Of a stretch of 64,000 bases of DNA, positions 28,192 to 39,608 are shown piece by piece. Location of the stretch: the NCBI GenBank assembly GCA_963675295.2, contig CAXXKJ010000002.1, forward strand, positions 1,056,001 to 1,120,000. Direction: 5' to 3'. Each line of letters starts with the position of its first letter. The first letter of the stretch is position 1. Made by a program: the position numbers and the translations under genes. This DNA is from a bacterium. GTDB lineage: Bacteria > Electryoneota > Electryoneia > Electryoneales > Electryoneaceae. The notes under the pieces are model-generated. The model was not told where the DNA came from. It was given only the letters and a program-made list of their open reading frames with translations, and did not search any database.

Positions 28192-28212
28192 CCACAAGCA
28201 GTATTGCGGTTT

Positions 28213-28248
28213 GAAAAACGCGGCCCTGCGGAGGTGGCCGCGTTTTTC
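28213..28248 (+). terminator. Intrinsic terminator
   Basis: GAAAAACGCGGCC...GGCCGCGTTTTTC. Confidence 0.75.
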
Positions 28249-28446
28249 TTGTCTCGGACGGTTAACACGGTCAGCCCGAAAGTGTCTTCAGAGAAGGGAA
28301 CTCCGGGAGTTCTGGCGTATCCGGATGTAGTACAACTTTCGAGCTCGATTGCCGATATTAGGTGTTCCTAACACAGGAAACGTGAAAAACGCGAGAATAC
28401 CGAACCTGCGTTGAATATCGCAGGACAGGTTTGAGAGGGAGGTGTG

Positions 28447-31400
28447 ATGAAGCGGAAGGTTCTGATGCTGGCGGCGGCATTGATGCTGGTCGGCAGCGCA
28501 TGGGCGACGGTGATCAACGTGCCCGCGGATTACAGCACGATCAATCAGGCGATTGACAACGCGGTTGCCGGTGATACGGTGCTGGTCGCGGCGGGAACGT
28601 ACGCGGAATCCGTCGATTTCGACGGCAAGGAACTGGTCGTGCGTGGCGACGTCAACAACCCGGCGTTGGTCGTAATCGATGCGTCTGGACAGAGTGTTGG
28701 TGTGCGTCTCGACGGTGGTATCAGCAACGCGGCGGTGCTGGAAGGCTTCACGGTTGATGGCGCGACGAACAACATCTATGTCAACACCAATTCGAATCCG
28801 ACGGTCCGTCACAATGTGATCAGCAACGCGACCGACTATGCGATCTATGTGCTCGGCGGTTCTGGAATCAACGTTGATGGCAACAGCTACACTGGAAACG
28901 CGTTCGATGCGATTCGTGTCAACAACAACCGCATCAGCACCAGTGTCAATCTGACCAATGACGGCGTCCCGTATCATTTCCTCAACGACTGCTACGTGTG
29001 GGCATATGCAGGCGACCCGTTGGCAAAGCTGACCATTGATCCGGGCACGCAGTTGCTGTTTCAGGCGGACGTTGGTTTGCAGATCGGTACGCTGAGTGAT
29101 CGTCGCGGCGAGCTGCACGCCGTCGGTACGATGGCCGAGCCGATTGTGTTTGATGCGATCACCGGCGTCCCGGGTGAATGGGCCGGCCTGGTGTTCGGCA
29201 ACGGCAGCGACTACGCGCTGAGCGAGTCGACCCTGGACTGGTGCGAGATCAACAACGCCGGTGGACCAGGCCTTGGCGGCTTGGCCGGGATCGTGCTGGA
29301 TGACACCCAGCAGCCGACGATCAGCAATTGCACGATCACAAACAGTGCATCGCACGCGATGCTGCTCACCAACGGCGCGCATCCGGCGTCGATCACCAAC
29401 CTGACGGTTTCCGGCAACTCGCCGGACGCCATCGGCATCAACGGCAACACCTACTTCGACGACTGCTATTTCGATTCGGAAGGCGTGCCGTATGAAGTGC
29501 TCGGCAACCTGTTTGTCTGGGATTACAACGGTAATCCGATTCCGCGGATGACCATCGCGGCGGGCAACACCTTCCAGTTCACCGACGGCACCGGCATCCA
29601 GTTCGGTACACTGAGTGATCGTGCCGGTGAATTGTATGCGGTGGGTACGTTGAGCGAGCCGATTACGTTCACTTCTTCGTCCGGAGCGACGAGCGGCTGG
29701 AACGGTCTGCTCTTCGGCAACGGCAGCGACCACGACGAAGCCCAGTCGACGATGGAATACTGTGTCGTCGAATACGCCGGGCAGGAAGGCTGGGGATACC
29801 CGGCGGGTATCATCAGCGATGACACCTTCCAGCCGACGATCACCAACAGCGCGATCCGCAACAACGATGGCTACGCGGCGTTCTTTGACGGCAAGGCGTT
29901 CGCGACGATGTCGAATAACATCATCAACGGCAACACGATCAATGCGATCGGTGTTTCCGGTCACACGATCGATTACGATCTGACGTGGCTGGTCAACGAC
30001 GCGCCGTACCACGTGCTCGGCGACATTTACGTCTGGGATTACAGCTCGGCGACGTCCGCGCCGCGTGTCACGGTTGAGCCGGGCACGACGATCCTGTTCG
30101 CGGAAACCTTCGGTCTCGACATTGCGAACATCGCGGATCGTTGGGGCGAATTGTACGCCATCGGTACCGAGTCCAACCCGATCACCTTCGGCGCGATCAA
30201 CGGCATGCCCGGTGGCTGGGGCGGCATTCAGTTCAACGCCGGCAGTGACCACAGCAGCGCGAACTCAGTGCTGGACTATTGTGAACTCAAGCATGGCGGT
30301 CACCCGCGCTGGAACGGGGCGGAGGCGACGGTCAGCTCGTTCGCGACGGATGAGCCGAGCATCAGGCGCAGCACCTTCAGCGAATCGGGCGCGTATCCGT
30401 TGTACATCCATTCGGACGCCAGCCTGACATTGATCAACAATACCTACGTTGACAACGCGATCGAAGCGATTGCGTTTGAAGGCCGGACGTTGTCGGACGA
30501 CTACACCATCCAGAACGATGGCGAACCGTACCACATCTTGTCCTACGTGTACGTGCAGCGGACGTCGGTGCCGTACCCGACGCTGACGATTGAGCCGGGC
30601 GCGACGCTTCAGTTCGCCCAGGCGGCCGGGCTTCGTATCGGTGCCGGTTCCCCGTATGCCGGGATGCTGAACGCTGTCGGTACCGAAAGCTCGCCGATCA
30701 CGTTCACCTCGTTCACCGGCACCAGTGGTGGCTGGGGCGGCATACTGTTCGACAACGGGTCGGATACCGGAGACGCCGTCTCGACGATGGACTGGTGTAA
30801 CGTCAACCGTGCCGGCTACATCAGTTCGCTCGGGTTCGAGGCGAACATGCGTTGCTACCTGACATCCCAGCCGACGATCAGCAACAGCAGCTTCAACGGC
30901 TCGTCAGTGGACGGTCTCGTCCTCGATGGTTACCTCGGTGAGATCAGCGACAGCCGTGCGAGCCTGAACCAGGCGGACGGAATCGTGGTGCAGAACTCGA
31001 CGGTGACGCAGCTGATACGTGTCGAGGTGTCCGGCAACACGGATGACGGCCTCACGGTCGCCAACTCGCCGGACCTGATCGTCGGCGGCAATGCGGTCTC
31101 GACGTGCCAGTTGTACGGCAACGATGGCTACAATTTGCGTGTCGTCGCGGGCACGGACACGATCGCGGCGGGTTACAATTACTGGGGAACGCTCGTCCCG
31201 GCGCAAATCGAAGCTTCGATCTATGATTTCTTTGATGATCCGGCGCTTGGTGTGGTGGATTGGGAACCGGCGGTCAATGTCGGCACCGGCCAGAACGTGG
31301 TCATCGAGATGACGCCCTACCACAACCCGACGGTGATCGGTCCCGCTGGTGGCTACTTCCGCTTCACTGCCAGCATTGAGAACCAGGAAACGTTCACCAC

Positions 31401-32007
31401 GCAGATCGACGCGTGGTCGGAGTTCATCCTGCCGAACGGCTCGGTGTACGGACCGGTGGTGCTGTACGAAAACCTGAACCTTCCGGCGGGGTACACGTTG
31501 AGCGTATCGCCGTTCCAGGAAGTGCCTGGCTATGCGCCGACGGGTACGTACCAGTTCGTGGCGAAGGTGGGTGATTATCCGGCGGCGATTGATTCGTCAA
31601 GCTTCGAGATCCTGAAGATCGAGTTGAGCGCGGCGGATCGCTGGTTCCAGGGCTGGAACAATTACGGTTGGTTCGGCGCGGACGACGCGGACAAGATCGC
31701 GGAGCTGGAAGCGGCCGAAGCCACGGCAGACCTGCTGCCAACGGAGTTCGATGTGGGCAATGTCTATCCGAACCCGTTCAACGCGATGACGAACCTGCGG
31801 CTCGCGTTGCCGGAAGCCGCGCCGGTGAGCGTGGTGGTGTACAACGTCACCGGGCAGCGGGTGATGACGGTTGCGCGTGGCGACATGGCGGCGGGGTATC
31901 ACACGTTGACCGTGGACGGTTCCCGTCTCGCAAGTGGGCTTTATTTCGTCAGTACCGAGATCGCCGGCCACATGAACAGTGTGCAGCGGATGGTGTTGAT
32001 GAAGTAA
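28447..32007 (+). CDS. Right-handed beta-helix repeat protein with Ig module and T9SS CTD (paralog 1)
   Basis: VPADYSTI..AI...GDT.LV..GTY N-cap; four LTI.PG...F...G..IG...G.L.AVGT...PI.F...W.G repeats; YPNPFN...RMVLMK. Confidence 0.9.
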   Translation: MKRKVLMLAAALMLVGSAWATVINVPADYSTINQAIDNAVAGDTVLVAAGTYAESVDFDGKELVVRGDVNNPALVVIDASGQSVGVRLDGGISNAAVLEGFTVDGATNNIYVNTNSNPTVRHNVISNATDYAIYVLGGSGINVDGNSYTGNAFDAIRVNNNRISTSVNLTNDGVPYHFLNDCYVWAYAGDPLAKLTIDPGTQLLFQADVGLQIGTLSDRRGELHAVGTMAEPIVFDAITGVPGEWAGLVFGNGSDYALSESTLDWCEINNAGGPGLGGLAGIVLDDTQQPTISNCTITNSASHAMLLTNGAHPASITNLTVSGNSPDAIGINGNTYFDDCYFDSEGVPYEVLGNLFVWDYNGNPIPRMTIAAGNTFQFTDGTGIQFGTLSDRAGELYAVGTLSEPITFTSSSGATSGWNGLLFGNGSDHDEAQSTMEYCVVEYAGQEGWGYPAGIISDDTFQPTITNSAIRNNDGYAAFFDGKAFATMSNNIINGNTINAIGVSGHTIDYDLTWLVNDAPYHVLGDIYVWDYSSATSAPRVTVEPGTTILFAETFGLDIANIADRWGELYAIGTESNPITFGAINGMPGGWGGIQFNAGSDHSSANSVLDYCELKHGGHPRWNGAEATVSSFATDEPSIRRSTFSESGAYPLYIHSDASLTLINNTYVDNAIEAIAFEGRTLSDDYTIQNDGEPYHILSYVYVQRTSVPYPTLTIEPGATLQFAQAAGLRIGAGSPYAGMLNAVGTESSPITFTSFTGTSGGWGGILFDNGSDTGDAVSTMDWCNVNRAGYISSLGFEANMRCYLTSQPTISNSSFNGSSVDGLVLDGYLGEISDSRASLNQADGIVVQNSTVTQLIRVEVSGNTDDGLTVANSPDLIVGGNAVSTCQLYGNDGYNLRVVAGTDTIAAGYNYWGTLVPAQIEASIYDFFDDPALGVVDWEPAVNVGTGQNVVIEMTPYHNPTVIGPAGGYFRFTASIENQETFTTQIDAWSEFILPNGSVYGPVVLYENLNLPAGYTLSVSPFQEVPGYAPTGTYQFVAKVGDYPAAIDSSSFEILKIELSAADRWFQGWNNYGWFGADDADKIAELEAAEATADLLPTEFDVGNVYPNPFNAMTNLRLALPEAAPVSVVVYNVTGQRVMTVARGDMAAGYHTLTVDGSRLASGLYFVSTEIAGHMNSVQRMVLMK

Positions 32008-32030
32008 GGCAATACTAACACGACGGATTC

Positions 32031-32062
32031 AGCGCGGCCATCCTGCGATGGTCGCGTTTTTT
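32031..32062 (+). terminator. Intrinsic terminator
   Basis: GCGCGGCCATC...GATGGTCGCGT followed by TTTTT. Confidence 0.7.
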
Positions 32063-32241
32063 ATTGTTTGTTTTACAACTATCTAGGCCGAATTAAAATC
32101 CTAAAAACGTCCTCTCCGAGTCGCTATCTCTTTTTGTGAATTACAGTTACAAGTTTGTTAGTCAAAACGGAATCCGTCTAAATTGCTAACAATGCACCAT
32201 AGCAGTGATCATACAAAGTCCGGTAGACAAGGGGGAAAAGG

Positions 32242-35200
32242 ATGAAGAATTTAGTGGCAGGTTGCGTGCTGATCCTGATATGGGCAGGAGTGGCCGGTGC
32301 AGTCACGGTCACCGTGCCCGGGGAATTCAGCACCATCAACAGCGCGATCGATAACTGCGTATCCGGTGACACAATTCTGGTCGATCCGGGGAGCTACGAT
32401 GAAATTGTTACTTACGATGGCAAGGATCTGGTCATCATCGGCGACGTTGCCGATCCGAGTACAACCGTGATCTATGGTACCGGCAGCACGTATGCGGTTC
32501 GAATGAACAACACTGAAACCTCCGCCGCAGTGCTGGAAGGCTTCCAGGTGGATGGATCAACTTACTTGATCCAGGCAGGCAATAGCGCAAATCCGACGGT
32601 CCGTGATTGTATCCTGTCGAACGCGACAGCCTACCCAGTGTATTTGACGCAGGGATCCGGTATCAATCTCAGCGATAACGAGTACACGAACAATGATACC
32701 GAAGCGATTTATGTCGCGGCGGGCACGATAGGTGAAGATGTAAACTACACCAATGATGGCTTGCCGTATCACATGTTCGGGACAGTGTCCGTGTGGGATT
32801 ACAGTGGTAACCCGATTCCGCGCCTGACCATTGATCCCGGTTGCGAACTGTACTTCGCCACGGGAACGGGATTGCAGATCGGCAACACAGCGGATCGCGG
32901 CGGTGAGCTGTACGCGGTCGGGACGGTGTCACAACCGATCACTTTCACCGCGTTGACGGGGATTTCAGCTGGATGGGCCGGGATTCATTTTAACAATGGC
33001 AGCGACTACCTGTTGTCGGAATCGCGAATGGAATACTGCATTGTCGACAAGGCGGGCGGAACCGGCTGGGGCCATGCAATTGGTGTGTTGTTGACGGAAA
33101 CGCTGCAGCCTACGTTCGTCAACTCGCAAATCTCAAATTGCGCGGGGCATGCGATGCGGCTTAACAGCAAGGCGCACTTCGCCTACATCGACAACGTCAC
33201 GCTGACCAACAACGAATTCAACACCATCGCGATTCCAGCGACAACATTCAGTTCTGACTTCACGTACGATTCAAACGGCATTCCATTCGAGGTGCTGGGG
33301 GATCTCCAGGTCTGGTCGTATGTCGGCAACCCGATTCCGCGTCTCACGATTGAGCCCGGAAACACGTTCATGTTCGCAACAACTGCTGGAATCCAGATAG
33401 GTTCATCCGCAGACCGTGGTGGTGAACTGTATGCCGTTGGAACCTACAACGACCCGATCGTGTTCACTGCGTCTTCTGGGATCCCCGGAGGATGGGACGG
33501 AATCTACTTCGCCAACGGCAGTGACTACGAGACGTCCACCTCAAGGATTGAATTCTGCCTCATTGAGTATGCTGGGAATACTGGCTGGGGTTACCCGGCG
33601 GGGATTGTCTGCGATGATACCGATGAGCCGTTTGTTACGCACTCGATGTTCGAGAACAACGACGGCTATGCTGTCTGGTTGCAGGACACGGCGATGATCA
33701 CGATGACTGGGAATGTGATCGAGGCGAACACCTACGATGCGGTCGGTGTATCTGGCAGAACGATTCAGGATTCGTTCACCTGGCCGCGGGGTGATGTGCC
33801 GTACCACGTGATGGGGCTGTTCTATTTCTGGGATTACGACACAGCGGTGGAAGCTCCGACCATGACGATTGAACCGGGTACGGAGATCCTGTTCGCGGAA
33901 ACCATGGGATTGCAGATCGGAGCAGCTGCAAACCAGTGGGGCGAGATTTACGCAGTCGGCACCGCCCAGGACCCGATCATTTTTGGTGCGATCAACGGCC
34001 AGCCCGGCGGTTGGGGCGGCATCCTGTTCGCCAACGGGTCGGACCACAATGGGTCGGAATCCACACTGAGCTACTGCCAGTTTAACGATGGCGGCTATGC
34101 CCGCTGGTACTCCGTGCAGGCAACTGTCAGCTCCGCGACCACGACACAGCCGTCCATCAGCAACTGCGCGTTCAACGAATCGAGCGTCTATCCGCTCTAC
34201 ATTCACTCGGACGCCAGTATCAGCATTACTCCGGACAACACGTTCACCGGGAACGGAATTCAGGCCATCGGATTTGAGGGGCGAACCGTTGGCAGTGACT
34301 ACGTCATTCACAACGCGGGATTCCCATATCATGTGATTGATACGATATACATCCACTATACAACCAACGCGCCGTATCCGACGCTGACCATCGAACCCGG
34401 CGTAGAGCTTCGTTTCAGCGAGGATGCAGGGATGCGGATCGGGAGCGGTTCCAGCTACGCGGCACAACTGATGGCAGTGGGGACGGAGCAGATGCCGATC
34501 ACGATGACATCGTTCAGCGGTGCGCCCGGTGGATGGTCTGGTCTGTATTTCACCGACGCGTCGGATGCGGACGGTGTCGAGTCGGCGATGAACTGGTGCT
34601 ATGTCAAATATGCCGGTGCGAACCTGGCAGGATTCGGGTCCACCGCCGGTATCTACCTCTACTACACCAGCCAGCCGACGCTGGACAACTGTGCCTTCAC
34701 CTTCTCCGGCGATCTGGGGATGAAGTTCAGGAATTACACCGGCGTCATTGAGGATTGCCGTGCGAGCCTGAACGAGGGCGACGGTGTCGAAGTCACCAGC
34801 AGCGATTTCCAGCTTGTCCGTGTTGAGATGAGCGGCAACGGTGACGACGGTATCGAACTTGTGAACACTCCCGATCTGACCATCGGTTCCGGTCCGGGGG
34901 CGACCTGCCAGATTTTCGGCAACACGGGATATAACGTGCGCGTCGAAGCAGGCGCGGACAGCATCTCGGCCCGGTACAACTACTGGGGGACGCTGGTGCC
35001 GACTGAGATCGAGGCATCGATCTATGACGAACAGGATGATCCGGGCCTCGGACGTGTGAAATGGTATCCGGCGGTCGATATCGGCCAGGGTCAGGATGTG
35101 TTTATCACCATTACTCCATTCCACACGCCAACCCTGATCGGCCCGGGCGGCGGGTATTTCCGTTTCCAGGGTACGCTACACAATGATGAATCGTTTACGG

Positions 35201-35817
35201 TGCAGGTCGATGCGTGGACCGAGTTCATTCTGCCCAACAGCACGGTCTACGGGCCGGTCGAACTGTATCAGGATATCAACATGCCGGGCGGGTACACGAT
35301 CAACGTGGCACCGTTCCAGGAAGTGCCCGGCTATGCGCCAAACGGAACCTACCAGTTCGTCGCCAAGATCGGTACGTACCCAACAGCCACCGATTCATCC
35401 AGCTTCGAGGTGATCAAGATCGAGTATCCGGCGGCGCAACGCTGGTTCTCGGGCTGGCAAACGTACGGTTGGTTCGGTGATGACGAGTTCGAGGAGGAAG
35501 TTGTGCTCGCGATGTTGACCGGCGGTGAGCTGTCCACGGAACTGCTGCCGACGGAGTTTGTGGTCGGGGAGGTGTATCCGAACCCGTTCAACGCGATGGC
35601 GAATCTGAGCATTGCGTTGCCGGAAGCCGCGCCCGTGAGTGTGGTGGTGTACAACGTGACCGGGCAGAGGGTGATGACGGTTTCCAGCGGCGACATGGCG
35701 GCGGGGTATCACACGTTGACCGTGGACGCGTCTTCGTTGGCGAGTGGATTCTATTTCGTCCGCACGGCTGTGCCGGGGCAAATCAATGCGGTGCAGAAGA
35801 TGGTGGTGGTGAAGTGA
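32242..35817 (+). CDS. Right-handed beta-helix repeat protein with Ig module and T9SS CTD (paralog 2)
   Basis: Colinear with 28447-32007 over its full length. Confidence 0.9.
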   Translation: MKNLVAGCVLILIWAGVAGAVTVTVPGEFSTINSAIDNCVSGDTILVDPGSYDEIVTYDGKDLVIIGDVADPSTTVIYGTGSTYAVRMNNTETSAAVLEGFQVDGSTYLIQAGNSANPTVRDCILSNATAYPVYLTQGSGINLSDNEYTNNDTEAIYVAAGTIGEDVNYTNDGLPYHMFGTVSVWDYSGNPIPRLTIDPGCELYFATGTGLQIGNTADRGGELYAVGTVSQPITFTALTGISAGWAGIHFNNGSDYLLSESRMEYCIVDKAGGTGWGHAIGVLLTETLQPTFVNSQISNCAGHAMRLNSKAHFAYIDNVTLTNNEFNTIAIPATTFSSDFTYDSNGIPFEVLGDLQVWSYVGNPIPRLTIEPGNTFMFATTAGIQIGSSADRGGELYAVGTYNDPIVFTASSGIPGGWDGIYFANGSDYETSTSRIEFCLIEYAGNTGWGYPAGIVCDDTDEPFVTHSMFENNDGYAVWLQDTAMITMTGNVIEANTYDAVGVSGRTIQDSFTWPRGDVPYHVMGLFYFWDYDTAVEAPTMTIEPGTEILFAETMGLQIGAAANQWGEIYAVGTAQDPIIFGAINGQPGGWGGILFANGSDHNGSESTLSYCQFNDGGYARWYSVQATVSSATTTQPSISNCAFNESSVYPLYIHSDASISITPDNTFTGNGIQAIGFEGRTVGSDYVIHNAGFPYHVIDTIYIHYTTNAPYPTLTIEPGVELRFSEDAGMRIGSGSSYAAQLMAVGTEQMPITMTSFSGAPGGWSGLYFTDASDADGVESAMNWCYVKYAGANLAGFGSTAGIYLYYTSQPTLDNCAFTFSGDLGMKFRNYTGVIEDCRASLNEGDGVEVTSSDFQLVRVEMSGNGDDGIELVNTPDLTIGSGPGATCQIFGNTGYNVRVEAGADSISARYNYWGTLVPTEIEASIYDEQDDPGLGRVKWYPAVDIGQGQDVFITITPFHTPTLIGPGGGYFRFQGTLHNDESFTVQVDAWTEFILPNSTVYGPVELYQDINMPGGYTINVAPFQEVPGYAPNGTYQFVAKIGTYPTATDSSSFEVIKIEYPAAQRWFSGWQTYGWFGDDEFEEEVVLAMLTGGELSTELLPTEFVVGEVYPNPFNAMANLSIALPEAAPVSVVVYNVTGQRVMTVSSGDMAAGYHTLTVDASSLASGFYFVRTAVPGQINAVQKMVVVK

Positions 35818-35858
35818 GGCCGGTCATGAGTGATGAGTAGTGAGTGATGAGCAACTGG

Positions 35859-35896
35859 GAACAACTGCCACAGACTTCGGTTTGTGGCAGTTGTTC
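35859..35896. repeat. REP-like hairpin (TGCCAC.GAC family), possible terminator
   Basis: GAACAACTGCCACAGAC-TTCG-GTTTGTGGCAGTTGTTC. Confidence 0.7.
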
Positions 35897-36112
35897 ATGT
35901 GCTTGTTAAAGTGGTCAATCTGTAAGATTTAGGATAGGACAATATATCCTAATTAGGGGAGTAGAACATATCTAAATAATTGATTATTAATAAAATAGTT
36001 GAATTGATCCGTTGGCAAAGTTTCGTCTTTCACGCTTGCAGGGCTATGGATGCCGCCAGTCCCATGTTACACTGATTGCCTACCCCAACTACCACAGAGG
36101 AGCGAGCGAATC

Positions 36113-37330
36113 ATGAGAGTCATGGGATTGGTGTTGATTTTACTCTTGCTGGCGGGTGGCGCCCATGCCTACCCCAATTTTGTGCCCTCCGGTTATGCGT
36201 ACGATCCACCTGACAACGATACCTGCCGGAATTGTCACAGTAGCTATCCGTTGAACTCCGGCGACGGCACGTTCAGCAGTGACCTGCCGGACGCTTGGGA
36301 ACCAGGCGAATCCTACACCATTCACCTTGTGTTGACGGACAATGTTACGCGGGCTGGATTCCAGGCGACGTTTAAAGACATGAGCAATCAGTTTGCGGGT
36401 CAAGTGTATGTCGTGGATGCCCAGCACACCCAGCTTTCCGGTACCTACTACATCAACCAGACCTCATCAGGCACCTACACCAGCTCCAACGGCGGCGAAT
36501 GGGATATCGGCTGGACAGCTCCGGCGGCAGGAACAGGTGATATCCGTTTCTGCATCTCGGCTGCAGCGTGCAATGGCACCGGCGGAACCAGCGGCGACCA
36601 CATTTACGGCTGGCATATCATCATCCCGGAAGCCACGCAGGATCCGTATGGTTTGACCATCACCCCGATCGTTGACACGGTTCCGGCATCCGGTGGCAAC
36701 ATCACCTACAGCGTCGAGTTCTTCACCGACCTGCCAAACCCGTTCAATGGCGTGAACTACTGGACCACGGTTACCATGCCAGACGGTGCGGAAACAGGCC
36801 GTCTGTTCTTCATCACCGCGAATATTCCGCCGTACGCGGATATCTACATTCCGTTGATGGCGCAGGAGATCCCATCGTATGCGCCAGCGGGTACCTATAC
36901 CCACAACGCGAAAATGGGCAACTATCCCATGCCTGTACTGATGGACTCGTTCACGTTTTCCAAGTCAGCGACCGGAACCGACGCCGAGCCGGTAACCAGT
37001 TGGACCGCGAGGGGAGATTGGGCGGAGGTCACGGGCGAAGAATCGCAGGGGGTGGACATTGCGGCTGAGTTCGCGTTGAAAGCAGCCTATCCGAATCCGT
37101 TCAATGCAGCGACGAGAGTATCGGTCACGTTACCGGAAACCGCGGATTTGGATCTGTTGGTCTACAACGTGATGGGCGAAGTGGTTGCGGATCTCCATCA
37201 CGGTGTGCAGACCGCTGGTGCCCATTCGTACACGCTGGATGGCACGAATCTCAGCTCGGGTTTGTATTTCGTGCAGGCGATTGTGCCGGGCAAGCTGAAC
37301 CAGATTCAGAAGGTTACGCTGTTGAAGTGA
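36113..37330 (+). CDS. Reeler-like CxxCH protein with Ig module and T9SS CTD (paralog of 26971)
   Basis: GAGGAG RBS, signal peptide ending AHA, CRNCH, GFQ, WTAPAAGTG, GDHIY, YPNPFN...KVTLLK. Confidence 0.88.
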   Translation: MRVMGLVLILLLLAGGAHAYPNFVPSGYAYDPPDNDTCRNCHSSYPLNSGDGTFSSDLPDAWEPGESYTIHLVLTDNVTRAGFQATFKDMSNQFAGQVYVVDAQHTQLSGTYYINQTSSGTYTSSNGGEWDIGWTAPAAGTGDIRFCISAAACNGTGGTSGDHIYGWHIIIPEATQDPYGLTITPIVDTVPASGGNITYSVEFFTDLPNPFNGVNYWTTVTMPDGAETGRLFFITANIPPYADIYIPLMAQEIPSYAPAGTYTHNAKMGNYPMPVLMDSFTFSKSATGTDAEPVTSWTARGDWAEVTGEESQGVDIAAEFALKAAYPNPFNAATRVSVTLPETADLDLLVYNVMGEVVADLHHGVQTAGAHSYTLDGTNLSSGLYFVQAIVPGKLNQIQKVTLLK

Positions 37331-37369
37331 CGGAAGTTGTGAGTGATGAGTTTTGAGTGGTGAGTTAGC

Positions 37370-37397
37370 AATGCCACGGACCGATGTCCGTGGCATT
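37370..37397. repeat. REP-like hairpin / terminator
   Basis: AATGCCACGGAC-CGAT-GTCCGTGGCATT followed by a T-rich tract. Confidence 0.7.
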
Positions 37398-37524
37398 TTC
37401 TTTCCTCACAGCTCAGGGCCGTGTTCGCCGGAAATTCACAGTACAAGTGGCAGCCAGGCTTTGCTCGACTGTCCACTGCATGTTTCAACTCATCACTTAC
37501 AACTCAGAACTCATCTCTCGCCGT

Positions 37525-38181
37525 TCACACCTGCCCGAAAATCATCTGGTGCAGGCGGCGGTCGGCGGTACGTTCCGGGTGGAACGTGGCGAGCCAGATG
37601 TTGCGTTGCCGGACGAGCACCGGGTCGCCGTTGTACTCGGCGAGGACATCCACCTCAGGTCCGATGCGGGTGAACTTCGGCGCGCGGATGAAGACGGCTT
37701 CAAACGGGCTGTCGAGCCCGTTGATCTCGATCGGCGCGATGAAGGAATCCACCTGGCGGCCGTACGCGTTGCGCTCGACGTCCACGTCGACCAGCCCCAA
37801 CGGTGTCACTTTGTGGTGTTCGCCCTTGCCAAGCCAGATCGCCCCGGCGCAGGTGCCGAACAGGATTTTGCCGGACGCGGCGAACGCGCCCATCAGGAAG
37901 TCGAGTCCGTAGCGGCGCCCGAGCAGGTCGATGGTGGAGGATTCCCCGCCGGGCAGGATGAGACCGTCCGGTGACGGTTTCAACGCGATCTCATGGTCCC
38001 GTTGCTTCATCAACGACGACCCGCGTTCCGCGCCTTCCTTGCGGGCGTAGCGTGGCGCTTTCGGGTTCATGAAGCCGGCGTCTTCTGGCCGGCGCACCTC
38101 GACCGCTTCGATTCCAATGTCGCGCAACGCCTGCGCGTGGGTTCCGTAATCGCCCTGCAGGGCAAGCACTCCAACCAGCAC
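37525..38181 (-). CDS. pdxT: PLP synthase glutaminase subunit PdxT
   Basis: GVLALQG, LPGGESST, GTCAG, RNAYGRQVDSF, FIRAP, FHPE. Confidence 0.96.
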   Translation of the reverse strand: MLVGVLALQGDYGTHAQALRDIGIEAVEVRRPEDAGFMNPKAPRYARKEGAERGSSLMKQRDHEIALKPSPDGLILPGGESSTIDLLGRRYGLDFLMGAFAASGKILFGTCAGAIWLGKGEHHKVTPLGLVDVDVERNAYGRQVDSFIAPIEINGLDSPFEAVFIRAPKFTRIGPEVDVLAEYNGDPVLVRQRNIWLATFHPERTADRRLHQMIFGQV

Positions 38182-38205
38182 CGTTTACTCCCAGGCAGTT
38201 AAGAA

Positions 38206-38305
38206 CGGGGACACGTTGAAAACGGGGACACTTTGTCCTCAAAGTGTCCCCCGTAATGTATGTCAGCTGTTGGGAATCGGGGACACATACGGAGTAAGTG
38301 TCCCC
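38206..38305. repeat. Cluster of GGGGACAC/GTGTCCCC REP-like hairpins
   Basis: Half-site at 38206; hairpins at 38222-38254 and 38279-38305; homolog at 42116-42147. Confidence 0.75.
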
Positions 38306-38351
38306 AGGTGTTACTCACAACTCATCACTCACAACTCAGGACTGTCTTCTC

Positions 38352-39287
<936 letters not shown>

Positions 39288-39608
39288 ACTGCCCTCAAAC
39301 TGTATGGGTTCTGTGTTGAAAACTGGGGGTGGGGGGATGGAAATCCAGCCTCCGCGCAATCCTGAATATAACACAATCAACCGGAATCGTTCGGACACGC
39401 GAGATCGTTCAGAGCCGTTGCGCAACCGGTTCCATTTCTCTGTTTACGACCTGTTCGGATCTGCGCCACACATTGGGGAGGAGTGTTTGACTCCCCTATG
39501 TACGGACGGAAATTACCGAGAACCATGATCTTCCTGTCACATGGAAGTTTGGAATTGTACCTTCCACAGGAGAGTTGTCACAATTACAAACAATGAGAGG
39601 GAAGAGCG

